Shown here: piece by piece, positions 23,691 to 31,565 of the stretch | How the letters are laid out: the number at the start of each line of letters is the position of its first letter | Numbering within the stretch: position 1 is the first letter of the stretch | Assembly: GCF_014280195.1 (NCBI RefSeq) | Contig: NZ_CP047960.1 | Coordinates: forward strand, 1,050,001 to 1,082,000 | Direction: 5' to 3' | DNA: 32,000 nucleotides | From: Synechococcus sp. A15-24 | GTDB taxonomy: Bacteria > Cyanobacteriota > Cyanobacteriia > PCC-6307 > Cyanobiaceae | Notes under the pieces: model-generated | Told to the model about the DNA's origin: nothing | Database searches by the model: none | Seen by the model: only the letters and a program-made list of their open reading frames with translations | Program-made: the position numbers and the translations under genes

Positions 23691-26045
23691 TCAGTTTCCG
23701 CTGAGGGTCACGGCCATCGGCTGCTCAGGGCTTTCGACGGTGCTGCTGTCTGCGTTGCTGTCACCCTGATCTGCTGTCGGCTCTGGAATCACCTCGAGGT
23801 CGATCTGATTGCGGAGTACGTCCACCTTGATCACCCGTACAAGCACCTGGTCACCCAGCTGATACACCCGTCGGTTCTTGCGGCCGACCAGGCGGTTCTG
23901 CCTCGAGCGGTATTCGTACCAGTCATCGTTGAGAGAGCTGACGTGAACAAGTCCCTCAACGCGGGTCTCTCCCACCTCCACAAAAAAGCCATAGCTCTGC
24001 ACGCCGCTCACATGACCTGCGGCTTCCTGACCTACCAGCGGTTCCGCAGATCTGGCCTGGACCATGGCCAGCAAATCCCGCTGAAGCTCCAGCACCTGAC
24101 GCCGCCGGCTGTTGAGCCGTTGAACCAGGCGCTGACTCACGATGGTGGTGAGTTTTTCTTCCTGTGCGCCTGTGAACAAGGACCACTGGAGATCATCAGC
24201 ACAGCCACGTCGACCCAGATTGAGCCGCTCCTTCTGACGGACATTGGGACGGTCCTTACCGTCGCTCAGCAACATCTGAATGACCTGCTGGTTGGCCAGC
24301 TGGGCGTAGCTCAATGATCCGCAGCACCAGGGTGTGAGTGCTGCGTTCGCATCGGTGGTTTCGTCGTCGCTGGTCTGCGGTGTCTTGAGTTCGGCCTGAA
24401 ATTGCGGTTGGGCCAATGCATGGCTCAGTTGCTGCTCCAGCACCCGACGCTGGTCGGACTCCGCAAAGACCGTGATCAATTCCTGCGCCGCAGGGCTTCC
24501 GTCGTCATCCAGTTCGAGGGGGAGATCAAGGGCAACAGCGGTCTTCGCCACATCGGTGACCATCGTGGCATCGGGCTCGCTGCTGATCCAGGCGATTCCC
24601 GGGAGCTGGAGTGCGGCGCGGTGTTGTCCCCAGGCGCGATCGGCGGCCCGCAGCAGCGGTTGAAGAATGGAATTCGGATCGGTGCGATCGATCACATCGG
24701 TCCAACGGTGCGCTTGACCACTGGGATCGGCCCAGCGCAGATCCCCCAGCGCGTCAATCTGTGGGGGACGTAAGTCGAGGGCCACGGCTCCTGCGGATTG
24801 CTCATGGCCCATCAGGCAGTCGGCGCAGAACATCAGGGTCTCCAGCTGCCCAAGCTGATCTTTGATCGGTTTCAACGCCGCGGGGATGCTGCGCGACTTG
24901 GGTTTGCGCTCTGCCAGGGCCCGGAGCTGCGCGGTGCTGATGTCGGCGACCGGACGGATGGTGCTGAGCATGAACTCCCAGTCCGTCAGATGGCCATTGG
25001 CATCAATGTCGAGTCGCACCGTCAGGGCGTCGCTGGATTCGCCCGCCTTGAGCCGGCAGGCCTTCGTGAGAGCGGGAGTCAGCAGCGGTTGCCAGTCCTC
25101 CCCCAGACAAATGGCATCAGCTTGATCCCTGATCCAGAGATCAAGACTGTTGCCCTGGCCAAAGCGTTCCGCAACCGACGGTGCATGCAGCCAAAGGCGA
25201 CAACCGCCTTCTCTTGCTTCCACATACACCGCGGGCAGGGGAGGGGCATCCCGGTGCTGCCAGCTGCAGAGCAACAGCGATGGCTGGTCAGTCAGGTCGG
25301 TCCGCCCTTTGCTTGGTGGGGATTTGACGGAGGCACGCGGTGCCGCAGGCCGTTCGTGCAAACCGGCTTTGGTCAGCAACAAATCGCGGTCGGCTGCTGG
25401 TCCGGCATTCAGAGGCAGGGGACGGGCCACATGCCCCTGAGCTGGATGCTGGGCGATTGGATAACGATCGATCTTGACCTCGACCACGGTCGTTGCTGAT
25501 TCCTCCGATACGTGCACTTCCGCGTCTGCGGGGAGCACGATGCTGGTGAGCATGCGGTCATCCAACGGTGCCGCCACCAGCCGCTCCTGCTGCCGTTCAA
25601 CCTGGGCCAGCAATGACTGGGTGCTGCGTTCGAGAATGCATTGAACACCGCCTTCCGGAGATCGTCGTCGACCGCCTTCCCGGGTCACGCGGACCAGGAC
25701 GCGATCGCCATTCCAGGCGTGATTCAGCTGATGGTCGCGGATGTAAACGTCATCTCCTCCGTCATCCCGGATGGCAAAGCAAAAGCCTTTGCTGCTGCAA
25801 CGCAGCCGCGCGTCAATCAAATCCTCAGATTGATCGCGCACCAGGCCTTCGTCTCCCTGACGGCTGAGGACACCGAGCTTGCTCAACCCGTCAACGGCCA
25901 AGTCCAGACGTTCTTTGTCAGCTTTGTTGGACAGCTTGAGGATCTTGGCCAGCGTGGTCTGGGGAACCGGCTGGTCGTAGGAGAGCTGATCCAGGAGGTC
26001 AGCGACCGAGAACTTCATGGTGGGTGGATCGAATCCGGCCTTCAT
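23691..26045 (-). CDS. RNase II/R-family protein (CSD + RNB-like + S1) with degenerate catalytic motifs; possibly the cyanobacterial Zam-type paralogue
   Basis: Cold-shock-like FCFAIRDDGGDDVYIRDHQLNHAWNGDRVLVRV; C-terminal S1 domain GHVSGVQSYGFFVEVGE...GLVHVSSL. The RNB core aligns by eye to E. coli RNase R, but DFDDAVY is PPLPAVY, AIADVS is HAPSVA and SPIRRYPDLTLHR is GSLSYAQLANQQ. Start ATG 26045 or 26018. Confidence 0.8.
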   Translation of the reverse strand: MKAGFDPPTMKFSVADLLDQLSYDQPVPQTTLAKILKLSNKADKERLDLAVDGLSKLGVLSRQGDEGLVRDQSEDLIDARLRCSSKGFCFAIRDDGGDDVYIRDHQLNHAWNGDRVLVRVTREGGRRRSPEGGVQCILERSTQSLLAQVERQQERLVAAPLDDRMLTSIVLPADAEVHVSEESATTVVEVKIDRYPIAQHPAQGHVARPLPLNAGPAADRDLLLTKAGLHERPAAPRASVKSPPSKGRTDLTDQPSLLLCSWQHRDAPPLPAVYVEAREGGCRLWLHAPSVAERFGQGNSLDLWIRDQADAICLGEDWQPLLTPALTKACRLKAGESSDALTVRLDIDANGHLTDWEFMLSTIRPVADISTAQLRALAERKPKSRSIPAALKPIKDQLGQLETLMFCADCLMGHEQSAGAVALDLRPPQIDALGDLRWADPSGQAHRWTDVIDRTDPNSILQPLLRAADRAWGQHRAALQLPGIAWISSEPDATMVTDVAKTAVALDLPLELDDDGSPAAQELITVFAESDQRRVLEQQLSHALAQPQFQAELKTPQTSDDETTDANAALTPWCCGSLSYAQLANQQVIQMLLSDGKDRPNVRQKERLNLGRRGCADDLQWSLFTGAQEEKLTTIVSQRLVQRLNSRRRQVLELQRDLLAMVQARSAEPLVGQEAAGHVSGVQSYGFFVEVGETRVEGLVHVSSLNDDWYEYRSRQNRLVGRKNRRVYQLGDQVLVRVIKVDVLRNQIDLEVIPEPTADQGDSNADSSTVESPEQPMAVTLSGN

Positions 26046-26113
26046 GGCCGGGAGAAGTTCAGAGCGGCCAAAGGGAAGCCAGGCCGTGCAGAGAGCTCTG
26101 AAACAAGTTCACT

Positions 26114-26422
26114 TTATGAGTCGACCAGGTCGTCCTCAGCACTCCCATCGCTGTTGCGACGCAGCAGCAGCTGGGATCCGATGATCAGAAAGCCAACAGC
26201 TGCCACCAGCTGCAGCCATTCCGTTGGGATCAGGCTGGCGATCGATCCGCCGGCCATCGCGCCCAAGAGGCTGGCCAGAACAAGGGCGGATGATGAGCCG
26301 ATAAACACAGCCAGCGGCCTGTCGGAGGTTCCGCTCAGAGCCACCGTTGCCAGCTGGGTTTTGTCCCCCAGTTCGGCCAGGAACACGGTGAGAAATGTCG
26401 AGATAAGAAGCGAAAGATCCAT
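26114..26422 (-). CDS. Half-size UPF0016/GDT1 (TMEM165/PAM71/Mnx family) membrane protein, second of a pair
   Basis: 102 aa, 3 predicted TM, signature ELGDKTQLAT near the N-terminus. Confidence 0.85.
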   Translation of the reverse strand: MDLSLLISTFLTVFLAELGDKTQLATVALSGTSDRPLAVFIGSSSALVLASLLGAMAGGSIASLIPTEWLQLVAAVGFLIIGSQLLLRRNSDGSAEDDLVDS

Positions 26423-26425
26423 CTT

Positions 26426-26758
26426 TCAGGCTCCGGTTGTCTCCAACAGCAACGTCTGAATTGCCTGTGCCCCCAGCCAAAGCCCCAGGGCCACCATGAG
26501 AAGGCCGGCCATGGTTTCCAGTCGCTCTGGTGGAAGAGTGCGAGCCAGCCACTGACCCAGAAGCACGCCGACCAGGCTTGAGCAGATCAGGGCCAGGGCG
26601 GCTCCGAGAAACACAAGCCAGGGCGATCCGGACTGAGCCGAGAGGAGCAGTGTCGCCAGCTGGGTCTTGTCTCCCAGTTCGGCGATGAACACCGTGCTGA
26701 AGGTGCTGAACACCACGGCCGCAAAACCAGGGCGGCTTGATACCTTGATCTCAGTCAT
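26426..26758 (-). CDS. Half-size UPF0016/GDT1 (TMEM165/PAM71/Mnx family) membrane protein, first of a pair
   Basis: Signature ELGDKTQLAT. I start at ATG 26758 (MTEIKVSS...), 110 aa. The 174-aa track ORF upstream part overlaps ykgJ in another frame and looks non-coding. 3-nt gap to the second half gene. Confidence 0.85.
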   Translation of the reverse strand: MTEIKVSSRPGFAAVVFSTFSTVFIAELGDKTQLATLLLSAQSGSPWLVFLGAALALICSSLVGVLLGQWLARTLPPERLETMAGLLMVALGLWLGAQAIQTLLLETTGA

Positions 26759-27116
26759 CGGAACGGCGTTGGGCGCGGTTGAACCTACGCAGCTCCCGGC
26801 TGCGACCGCCATACACCGATCGAATTTGCTGTTGGCAGCATCCGATGGCGAAGGCATCCAGTTGGTTCGGTTCAACACCGAACAGCAGATCCATGTTCCG
26901 GACCCGGCAGAAGCGGGGCCGTTCGTCGTAGATCCGGCAGCGTCGGCCACCGCTGTCGTAGTGGATGCACCAGCCGTCCTCCCCCACCATCGCCAAGTAG
27001 GTGGCCTGCTCTTTCTCGTTGAGGGCTTCGAGGGCTTCGGGACGTTCCTCTGGTGCCAGGCGGCAGCAGGCTCCGCACTGGGAGATGCACTTCCATTGAA
27101 GAGGCTGGCTGCTCAT
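26751..27116 (-). CDS. YkgJ-family (CxxCxxCC-type) cysteine-cluster protein
   Basis: KCISQCGACCRL plus WCIHYDSGGRRCRIYDERPRFCR, the typical YkgJ/UPF0153 arrangement. 3' end overlaps the first GDT1-half gene by 8 nt. Confidence 0.8.
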   Translation of the reverse strand: MSSQPLQWKCISQCGACCRLAPEERPEALEALNEKEQATYLAMVGEDGWCIHYDSGGRRCRIYDERPRFCRVRNMDLLFGVEPNQLDAFAIGCCQQQIRSVYGGRSRELRRFNRAQRRSDD

Positions 27117-27123
27117 GGCTGCA

Positions 27124-27142
27124 GCTGTGACAAGCCGTCACA
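27124..27142. promoter_or_regulatory. Perfect inverted repeat CTGTGAC-N5-GTCACAG in the ykgJ / psb30 divergent intergenic region
   Basis: Read directly from the sequence. Lies 7 nt upstream of the ykgJ start codon (27116) and about 80 nt upstream of psb30. Could be an operator or a 5'-UTR hairpin. Confidence 0.3.
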
Positions 27143-27224
27143 GTGGGTCCATGCCGCAAGGCGACTCTGAGCAAAGGCCCCGTAATCTGTTGGCTGATCC
27201 GAAACGTGTGAGCGCTTCATCGCT

Positions 27225-27332
27225 ATGGGCATCGACTTCCACCTGATCGCCAATTTCGGCGCCCTTGCGTTGATCACCCTGGCTGGTCCTGCTGTGATCT
27301 TCATCCTCTTCTACCGACGCGGAGCCCTCTGA
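27225..27332 (+). CDS. psb30: Photosystem II subunit Psb30 (Ycf12)
   Basis: Own translation, 35 aa: [35 protein letters not shown]. Matches the Ycf12 pattern ...AGP.IIF.L..RRGNL as I remember it from Thermosynechococcus. Too short for the ORF track. Confidence 0.8.
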
Positions 27333-27337
27333 GGTTT

Positions 27338-29242
27338 TTAAGCCCTTAATCCAAGGGCCAGGGCAGCTTCCTCTAAAAGGGTCTGGATCCTTGAGTGGCT
27401 TGCACGTTGGTCTTTGCAAGTCACCGTCTGATCCTTGGTGATGGAAGCTTCAAGGCGATCTCCACCGGCGTTGGTCAAACCAAAGGCGACTGCGTTGTCA
27501 GCACCCAATTTGCTGCTTGCCAGATAGCTCCGTTCGCCGCAGCTGAGCCTCACGGTGTCCGTGTGCTCTCGTATGGCCTTGAGTTCGAGTTGGAGCCGGC
27601 GCTCCCCCCGCCAGACGTTGAGTTTCAGTTCGTAGGCAACATCGACCCGCTCCGGCATCGGACTCAGCGGTGAGCATCGCCATGCCACAGCACGCCGTTG
27701 GTGTGTCCCCTGCTGCAGGGTCACCGCCAGGTGGCCACCGTTCAGGGTTCGCCAGTCCGCCACATGGCATCCCCGGGACCAAAACAGGGGTGTTGGATGC
27801 CCCACACCATGGGGGGTCAATGTTTCAAGGGCAGCCCAGAGATCCCAGTTGATCTCGTTCAGCTTCAAGCAGGCCTCAGGGCGAACCGGTCGTCCTGCCC
27901 CCTCCTGATCCAGCCACGGTTGCGTGAGCTGATTCAGGCGGTCATGCAAGGTGTGCACCTGACTGGCCTTCACCGTGAATCCACCCGCCGCCGGGTGGCC
28001 TCCGAACCGCTCCAGCAGATCCGCGCAGGCTGTTAAGGCCTTGTCAACGGCGAAACCCTGGGGCGCCCGTGCTGAGGCTCTCAACAGACCCTCACCATCG
28101 CCGGCCAGCAGTGCCACAGGGCGGTGGTAACGCTCCATCAGTCGTGCGGCGACAATGCCGATCACCCCGTGATGCCAGTGGCTCTGGGCCAACAAAAGAA
28201 ACGGTGGAATCAGCCCCTCAGCATCCGATTCCACCAGGGCAGTGGCTTCCGCTTCGATGGCATCGCAGAGATCCCGTCGCTGACGATTGAGATCGTCACA
28301 GCGGCGCGCCAAAGCCATTGTTTTGCCCGGATCTGATTCGGTGAGCAGGTCCACCACCAGCACTGGATCACCGAGTCGTCCGACCGCATTGATCCTCGGG
28401 GCGAGTTGAAAACCGATGTCCTCGGCGGTTAAGGGCGTCTCGCCCAGTCCCGCCAGACGCTGCAGTGCCATGACCCCTTCACAACGGCTGCGGTGCAGGG
28501 TCGTCAGTCCTTCTAGCAACCAACGTCGGTTAGCTCCGGTCAGCGGTGCCATGTCGGCCACAGTGCCGATGCAGAACAGGTCGCGGGCCACCTGAATCGC
28601 ATCCATTCGCCCCAGCCGTTCGGCAACGCTGCTGGCGAGCACATAGGCCAGCCCCACACCGGCAAGACCTCTGTATGGAGATGCTTCCGGGGTGGTGGCT
28701 GGATGCAGCAGTGCGGTCATCCATGGACGCGGTTCCGGAATGGTGTGGTGATCGGTCACGATCACGTCCATCGATAGCGTTCTGGCCCGTTGGAGGGCCT
28801 CCACCGCCGCCACTCCGTTGTCCACGGTGACCAGCAGTCGGATGCCTTGGCCATGTAGGCGATCGACCATCGCAGGATTGAGGCCATAGCCCTCCTCCAT
28901 CCGGGAGGGGATCGCCGGCTCCGCCTTGGCGCCGAGTGGTTGCAAGGCTCTCAACAGAAGAGCTGTGCTGGTCATGCCATCGGCGTCGTAATCGCCGCAG
29001 ACCGCCAGGGCTTCACCCTGTCCACAGGCCCGGCAGATGCGTTCAACCGCCACCTCCAGATCTGGAAAATGTCCGCAAGGGTCGGGCAACTCCCGTGGTG
29101 CGATCAGTTCAGCGACATCCGCTTCGCTCAATCCCCGACGAAGCAGCAGGGTCCTCAGGGCCAGTGGTAACGGCAGTTGATGCAGCGGGCAGGCATCCAC
29201 AACAGCCGGCAGCACCCAGGTATGCGGTGAGGTGGCACTCAT
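27338..29242 (-). CDS. recJ: Single-stranded-DNA-specific exonuclease RecJ
   Basis: DHH-family motifs CGDYDADGMTS, VTVDNG, VIVTDHH and DHHA1 GGHPAAGG; 634 aa. Confidence 0.93.
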   Translation of the reverse strand: MSATSPHTWVLPAVVDACPLHQLPLPLALRTLLLRRGLSEADVAELIAPRELPDPCGHFPDLEVAVERICRACGQGEALAVCGDYDADGMTSTALLLRALQPLGAKAEPAIPSRMEEGYGLNPAMVDRLHGQGIRLLVTVDNGVAAVEALQRARTLSMDVIVTDHHTIPEPRPWMTALLHPATTPEASPYRGLAGVGLAYVLASSVAERLGRMDAIQVARDLFCIGTVADMAPLTGANRRWLLEGLTTLHRSRCEGVMALQRLAGLGETPLTAEDIGFQLAPRINAVGRLGDPVLVVDLLTESDPGKTMALARRCDDLNRQRRDLCDAIEAEATALVESDAEGLIPPFLLLAQSHWHHGVIGIVAARLMERYHRPVALLAGDGEGLLRASARAPQGFAVDKALTACADLLERFGGHPAAGGFTVKASQVHTLHDRLNQLTQPWLDQEGAGRPVRPEACLKLNEINWDLWAALETLTPHGVGHPTPLFWSRGCHVADWRTLNGGHLAVTLQQGTHQRRAVAWRCSPLSPMPERVDVAYELKLNVWRGERRLQLELKAIREHTDTVRLSCGERSYLASSKLGADNAVAFGLTNAGGDRLEASITKDQTVTCKDQRASHSRIQTLLEEAALALGLRA

Positions 29243-29275
29243 GAATCAGCATTGTGCCCGTTCCGGACGGTGGCG

Positions 29276-30028
29276 ATGACCTGGTTGAAGGGGGTGTTCT
29301 GGGATGTGGATGGGACCCTGGCCAACACGGAGATGGAGGGACATCGTCCCGCCTTCAACCGTGCCTTCGCCGACCTTGGTCTTGCGATCAACTGGGAGCC
29401 GGAGTTGTACGCCGATTTGCTGTCCATTCCCGGTGGGATGAGGAGGGTGCGTTGGTACGCCAGCACCAGGGGCATCAGCCTCACCGAGGATCAGCTCAAT
29501 GCGATCCGCGACCGCAAACGGTTTCACTACACGGCACTGGCCAGATCAGGTGCCGTGTCGCTTCGGCCAGGGGTCCATCGGCTTCTCGAGCAGTTCAACA
29601 AGGCCGGGATCCGTCAATGGATCGTGACCTCAAGTAGGTTGGCTTCCGTGGCGGCCCTGCTGGACAGCACTCCGGATCTCAGGACGATGTTCCAGGGCGT
29701 CGTCACCTCAGATGACGTGGAGGAAGGGAAACCATCACCACAGGGGTATTGCTGTGCACTGAATCGCTCGGGCCTTTCGGTGGACCGGGCGATCGCGATC
29801 GAAGATTCAGAAGCCGGACTGGCGGCCGCGCTGGCAGCAGGCCTTCGCTGTCTGCTGACTCCTTCGCCCTGGGACCACGGTCTGAAGGAGCGTTTCAGCG
29901 AGGCCATCGCTGCCTTTGATCATCTCGGCGAGGCGGGTGATGCTGCACCACAGTTCAGCGGTCCCCCTTGCCGCGATGGGATGGTGACGCTGGAGTACCT
30001 GCAAACCCTTGGACCGACATCGGGATGA
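29276..30028 (+). CDS. cbbY: HAD-superfamily phosphatase, CbbY-like
   Basis: FWDVDGTLANTEMEGHRPAFNRAFADLGL..W...LY.DLLSIPGG resembles the CbbY N-terminus (DCDGVL.DTE.DGHR.AFN..F). Later HAD motifs are VTSS and EDSEAG. Track start is TTG 29252; ATG 29276 preferred. Confidence 0.75.
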   Translation: MTWLKGVFWDVDGTLANTEMEGHRPAFNRAFADLGLAINWEPELYADLLSIPGGMRRVRWYASTRGISLTEDQLNAIRDRKRFHYTALARSGAVSLRPGVHRLLEQFNKAGIRQWIVTSSRLASVAALLDSTPDLRTMFQGVVTSDDVEEGKPSPQGYCCALNRSGLSVDRAIAIEDSEAGLAAALAAGLRCLLTPSPWDHGLKERFSEAIAAFDHLGEAGDAAPQFSGPPCRDGMVTLEYLQTLGPTSG

Positions 30029-30363
30029 GCTCCCTGCAGCAGACGCGGCTCTCCCGTGTGCAGAACCGCTTCGGACGCAGCCTGGAGGAGGGTTTTGCCG
30101 GTCCGTGGTGGCGCCGCAGTCTGCTGATCATCAGCTTGCTGGGGGGCTTTCTGCTCGGCAGCAGCTTGACGGAGCATCTGGCGAATGCCGTTGGTTTCCG
30201 CACGATTTCGGCGCTTACAACGTTGATCGCCTGTGAACTGCTGGTGCTGCTGCGGCGACGGGTCGTGACGTCACCGATGGCGTTCCAGTGGCGTCTGTTG
30301 GACCACCTGCGCATCGGGTTTGTCTACGCCGTTGTTCTGGAGGCGTTCAAGGTTGGATCCTGA
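30025..30363 (+). CDS. ycf20: Ycf20-like (DUF565) small membrane protein
   Basis: MSSLQQTRLSRV...LLIISLLGGFLLGSSL...ISALTTLIACELLVLL, 112 aa with two hydrophobic segments. ATG overlaps the cbbY-like stop (ATGA 30025-30028). Confidence 0.65.
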   Translation: MSSLQQTRLSRVQNRFGRSLEEGFAGPWWRRSLLIISLLGGFLLGSSLTEHLANAVGFRTISALTTLIACELLVLLRRRVVTSPMAFQWRLLDHLRIGFVYAVVLEAFKVGS

Positions 30364-31339
30364 CGGGCAACGCGATCTTCCAGTCGTCGATCAGCAGCGT
30401 CTGCTGCACCACCTCGGTGTGGCCGACCCCATGGCCTGGGAGCAGCAGTGGCGAGGCAGCGGGCTGTTTGAGACCACGTTGGATCTCTGGCCAGCCAGTG
30501 CCTCTCCCGACTGGCTCTGGTGCCTTGGATTGCCTCTTCTCACAGAAGCTGCGAGGGATCAAACCCAGCGACATCTGATCGGGTTGAGCGCCCTGCCTGG
30601 ATGTGGCAAAACCACCCTTGGCCACTGGCTTGAACGGGCCGCCCAGCAGCTTGGTCTCCCCCTTCAGGTGGTCTCGATCGATGACTTCTACTTTGATGCG
30701 GAGCGGCTGGAGCAGGCGATGCGTGGCAACCCCTGGGGTGTGCCCCGTGCTCTACCTGGCAGTCATGACCTCCCCCTGCTCTGCCAGACCTTGAGCCGCT
30801 GGAAACGTGGCGAGCATGTGGACTTGCCGCAATTCGACAAATCCCTACGACAAGGTCGTGGGGATCGCTGCGGCTGGCGCAGCTGTTCGGCGCAGATTCT
30901 GGTGCTGGAGGGTTGGTTTGTCGGTTGCCAACCGTTGTTGCCAGGCGAGTCGATTGAGCATGGCTGTGAGCATCTATCCCCGCCGATTCGTCCAGACGAA
31001 CTGGCCTCACGGGAAGCCGTGCAGGAGGTGCTCGGCAGCTATCGCCCGGTTTGGACTCAGCTGGACCATCTTTGGCAGATCAAGGCTCAGGACATTCGTT
31101 CCCCCCAGATCTGGAAGCAACAGCAGGAAGATCAGATGCTGCGGGAGCAAGGCGTTGCTCTCGACAATAAGACTCTCCTGGGCTTCATCCGCATGATCCT
31201 TACGGCAATTCCGCAGCAAAGTTTTGATCGGATTGACGCTGATGTGCGGGTGGACGTCGATCCGGAGCGTCGGCTTCGCCAACTCCGGATCCGTCGTCAA
31301 TCTCAGGACTCTTCGTCGTCGGCTTCACGCACGGGGTAG
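30320..31339 (+). CDS. D-glycerate 3-kinase, plant/cyanobacterial P-loop type (GLYK)
   Basis: [44 protein letters not shown] and [13 protein letters not shown] parallel Arabidopsis GLYK as I remember it. Start uncertain: TTG 30320 overlaps ycf20 by 44 nt; in-frame GTG near 30416 and ATG 30431 are alternatives. Confidence 0.8.
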   Translation: MSTPLFWRRSRLDPDGQRDLPVVDQQRLLHHLGVADPMAWEQQWRGSGLFETTLDLWPASASPDWLWCLGLPLLTEAARDQTQRHLIGLSALPGCGKTTLGHWLERAAQQLGLPLQVVSIDDFYFDAERLEQAMRGNPWGVPRALPGSHDLPLLCQTLSRWKRGEHVDLPQFDKSLRQGRGDRCGWRSCSAQILVLEGWFVGCQPLLPGESIEHGCEHLSPPIRPDELASREAVQEVLGSYRPVWTQLDHLWQIKAQDIRSPQIWKQQQEDQMLREQGVALDNKTLLGFIRMILTAIPQQSFDRIDADVRVDVDPERRLRQLRIRRQSQDSSSSASRTG

Positions 31340-31479
31340 ACGAAGCCCTGGGCGCGTCCACTGAGAACAGATTTTCCGATGGACATCGCTCGCTGAGCAG
31401 CCACGGCAGCCTTTCCTTTCCATGTGGCACTGCGCTGGTTGCGCTTGGCCTTTGAGGTTTTCTTCTTCGGGACGGCCAT
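31303..31479 (-). CDS. rpmF: 50S ribosomal protein L32
   Basis: Own translation, 58 aa: [58 protein letters not shown]. Too short for the ORF track. Confidence 0.9.
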   Translation of the reverse strand: MAVPKKKTSKAKRNQRSATWKGKAAVAAQRAMSIGKSVLSGRAQGFVYPVREADDEES

Positions 31480-31565
31480 TGCGCCTGGTCAACTCCAAAC
31501 GGGAATTGTCCGTTGTCAGGACGCCTTGCGTCAAATCGCTAAGGTCAAGGCAATTCAATGTTGTT

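Noticed and set aside
23017-26552. Long ORFs antisense to ubiX and the RNase II-like gene (23017..23769 +, 24798..25499 +, 25641..26459 +) and 26136..26552 -
   Set aside because: Overlapped by well-supported genes, with no recognisable motifs and biased composition.
27124-27142. Reading the palindrome as a canonical CRP/SyCRP site (TGTGA-N6-TCACA)
   Set aside because: The half-sites are separated by 7 nt, not 6, so it does not fit the canonical spacing. Kept only as a generic palindrome.
27117-27224. Mn (yybP-ykoY) riboswitch upstream of the ykgJ-GDT1 unit, and likewise upstream of terC (15227..15263)
   Set aside because: These transporter families are classic riboswitch targets, so I looked. 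I could not find the conserved GGGGAGUAG...GAGAC-type core, and the terC leader (37 nt) is too short. A covariance-model scan would settle it.
27113-27304. 63-aa minus-strand ORF in the ykgJ/psb30 intergenic region
   Set aside because: It overlaps the + strand 35-aa ORF that matches Psb30/Ycf12, and it has no features of its own.
27342-27358. Hairpin GCCCTT-AATCC-AAGGGC just after the psb30 stop as an intrinsic terminator
   Set aside because: Only a 6-bp stem with no downstream U-tract on either strand, and it lies inside the recJ coding 3' end. Too weak to call.
29789-29796. HIP1-type GCGATCGC octamers (also 4255-4262 and 25701-25708)
   Set aside because: Only a few scattered copies inside coding sequence. 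This is consistent with cyanobacterial background and is not a structured repeat array.
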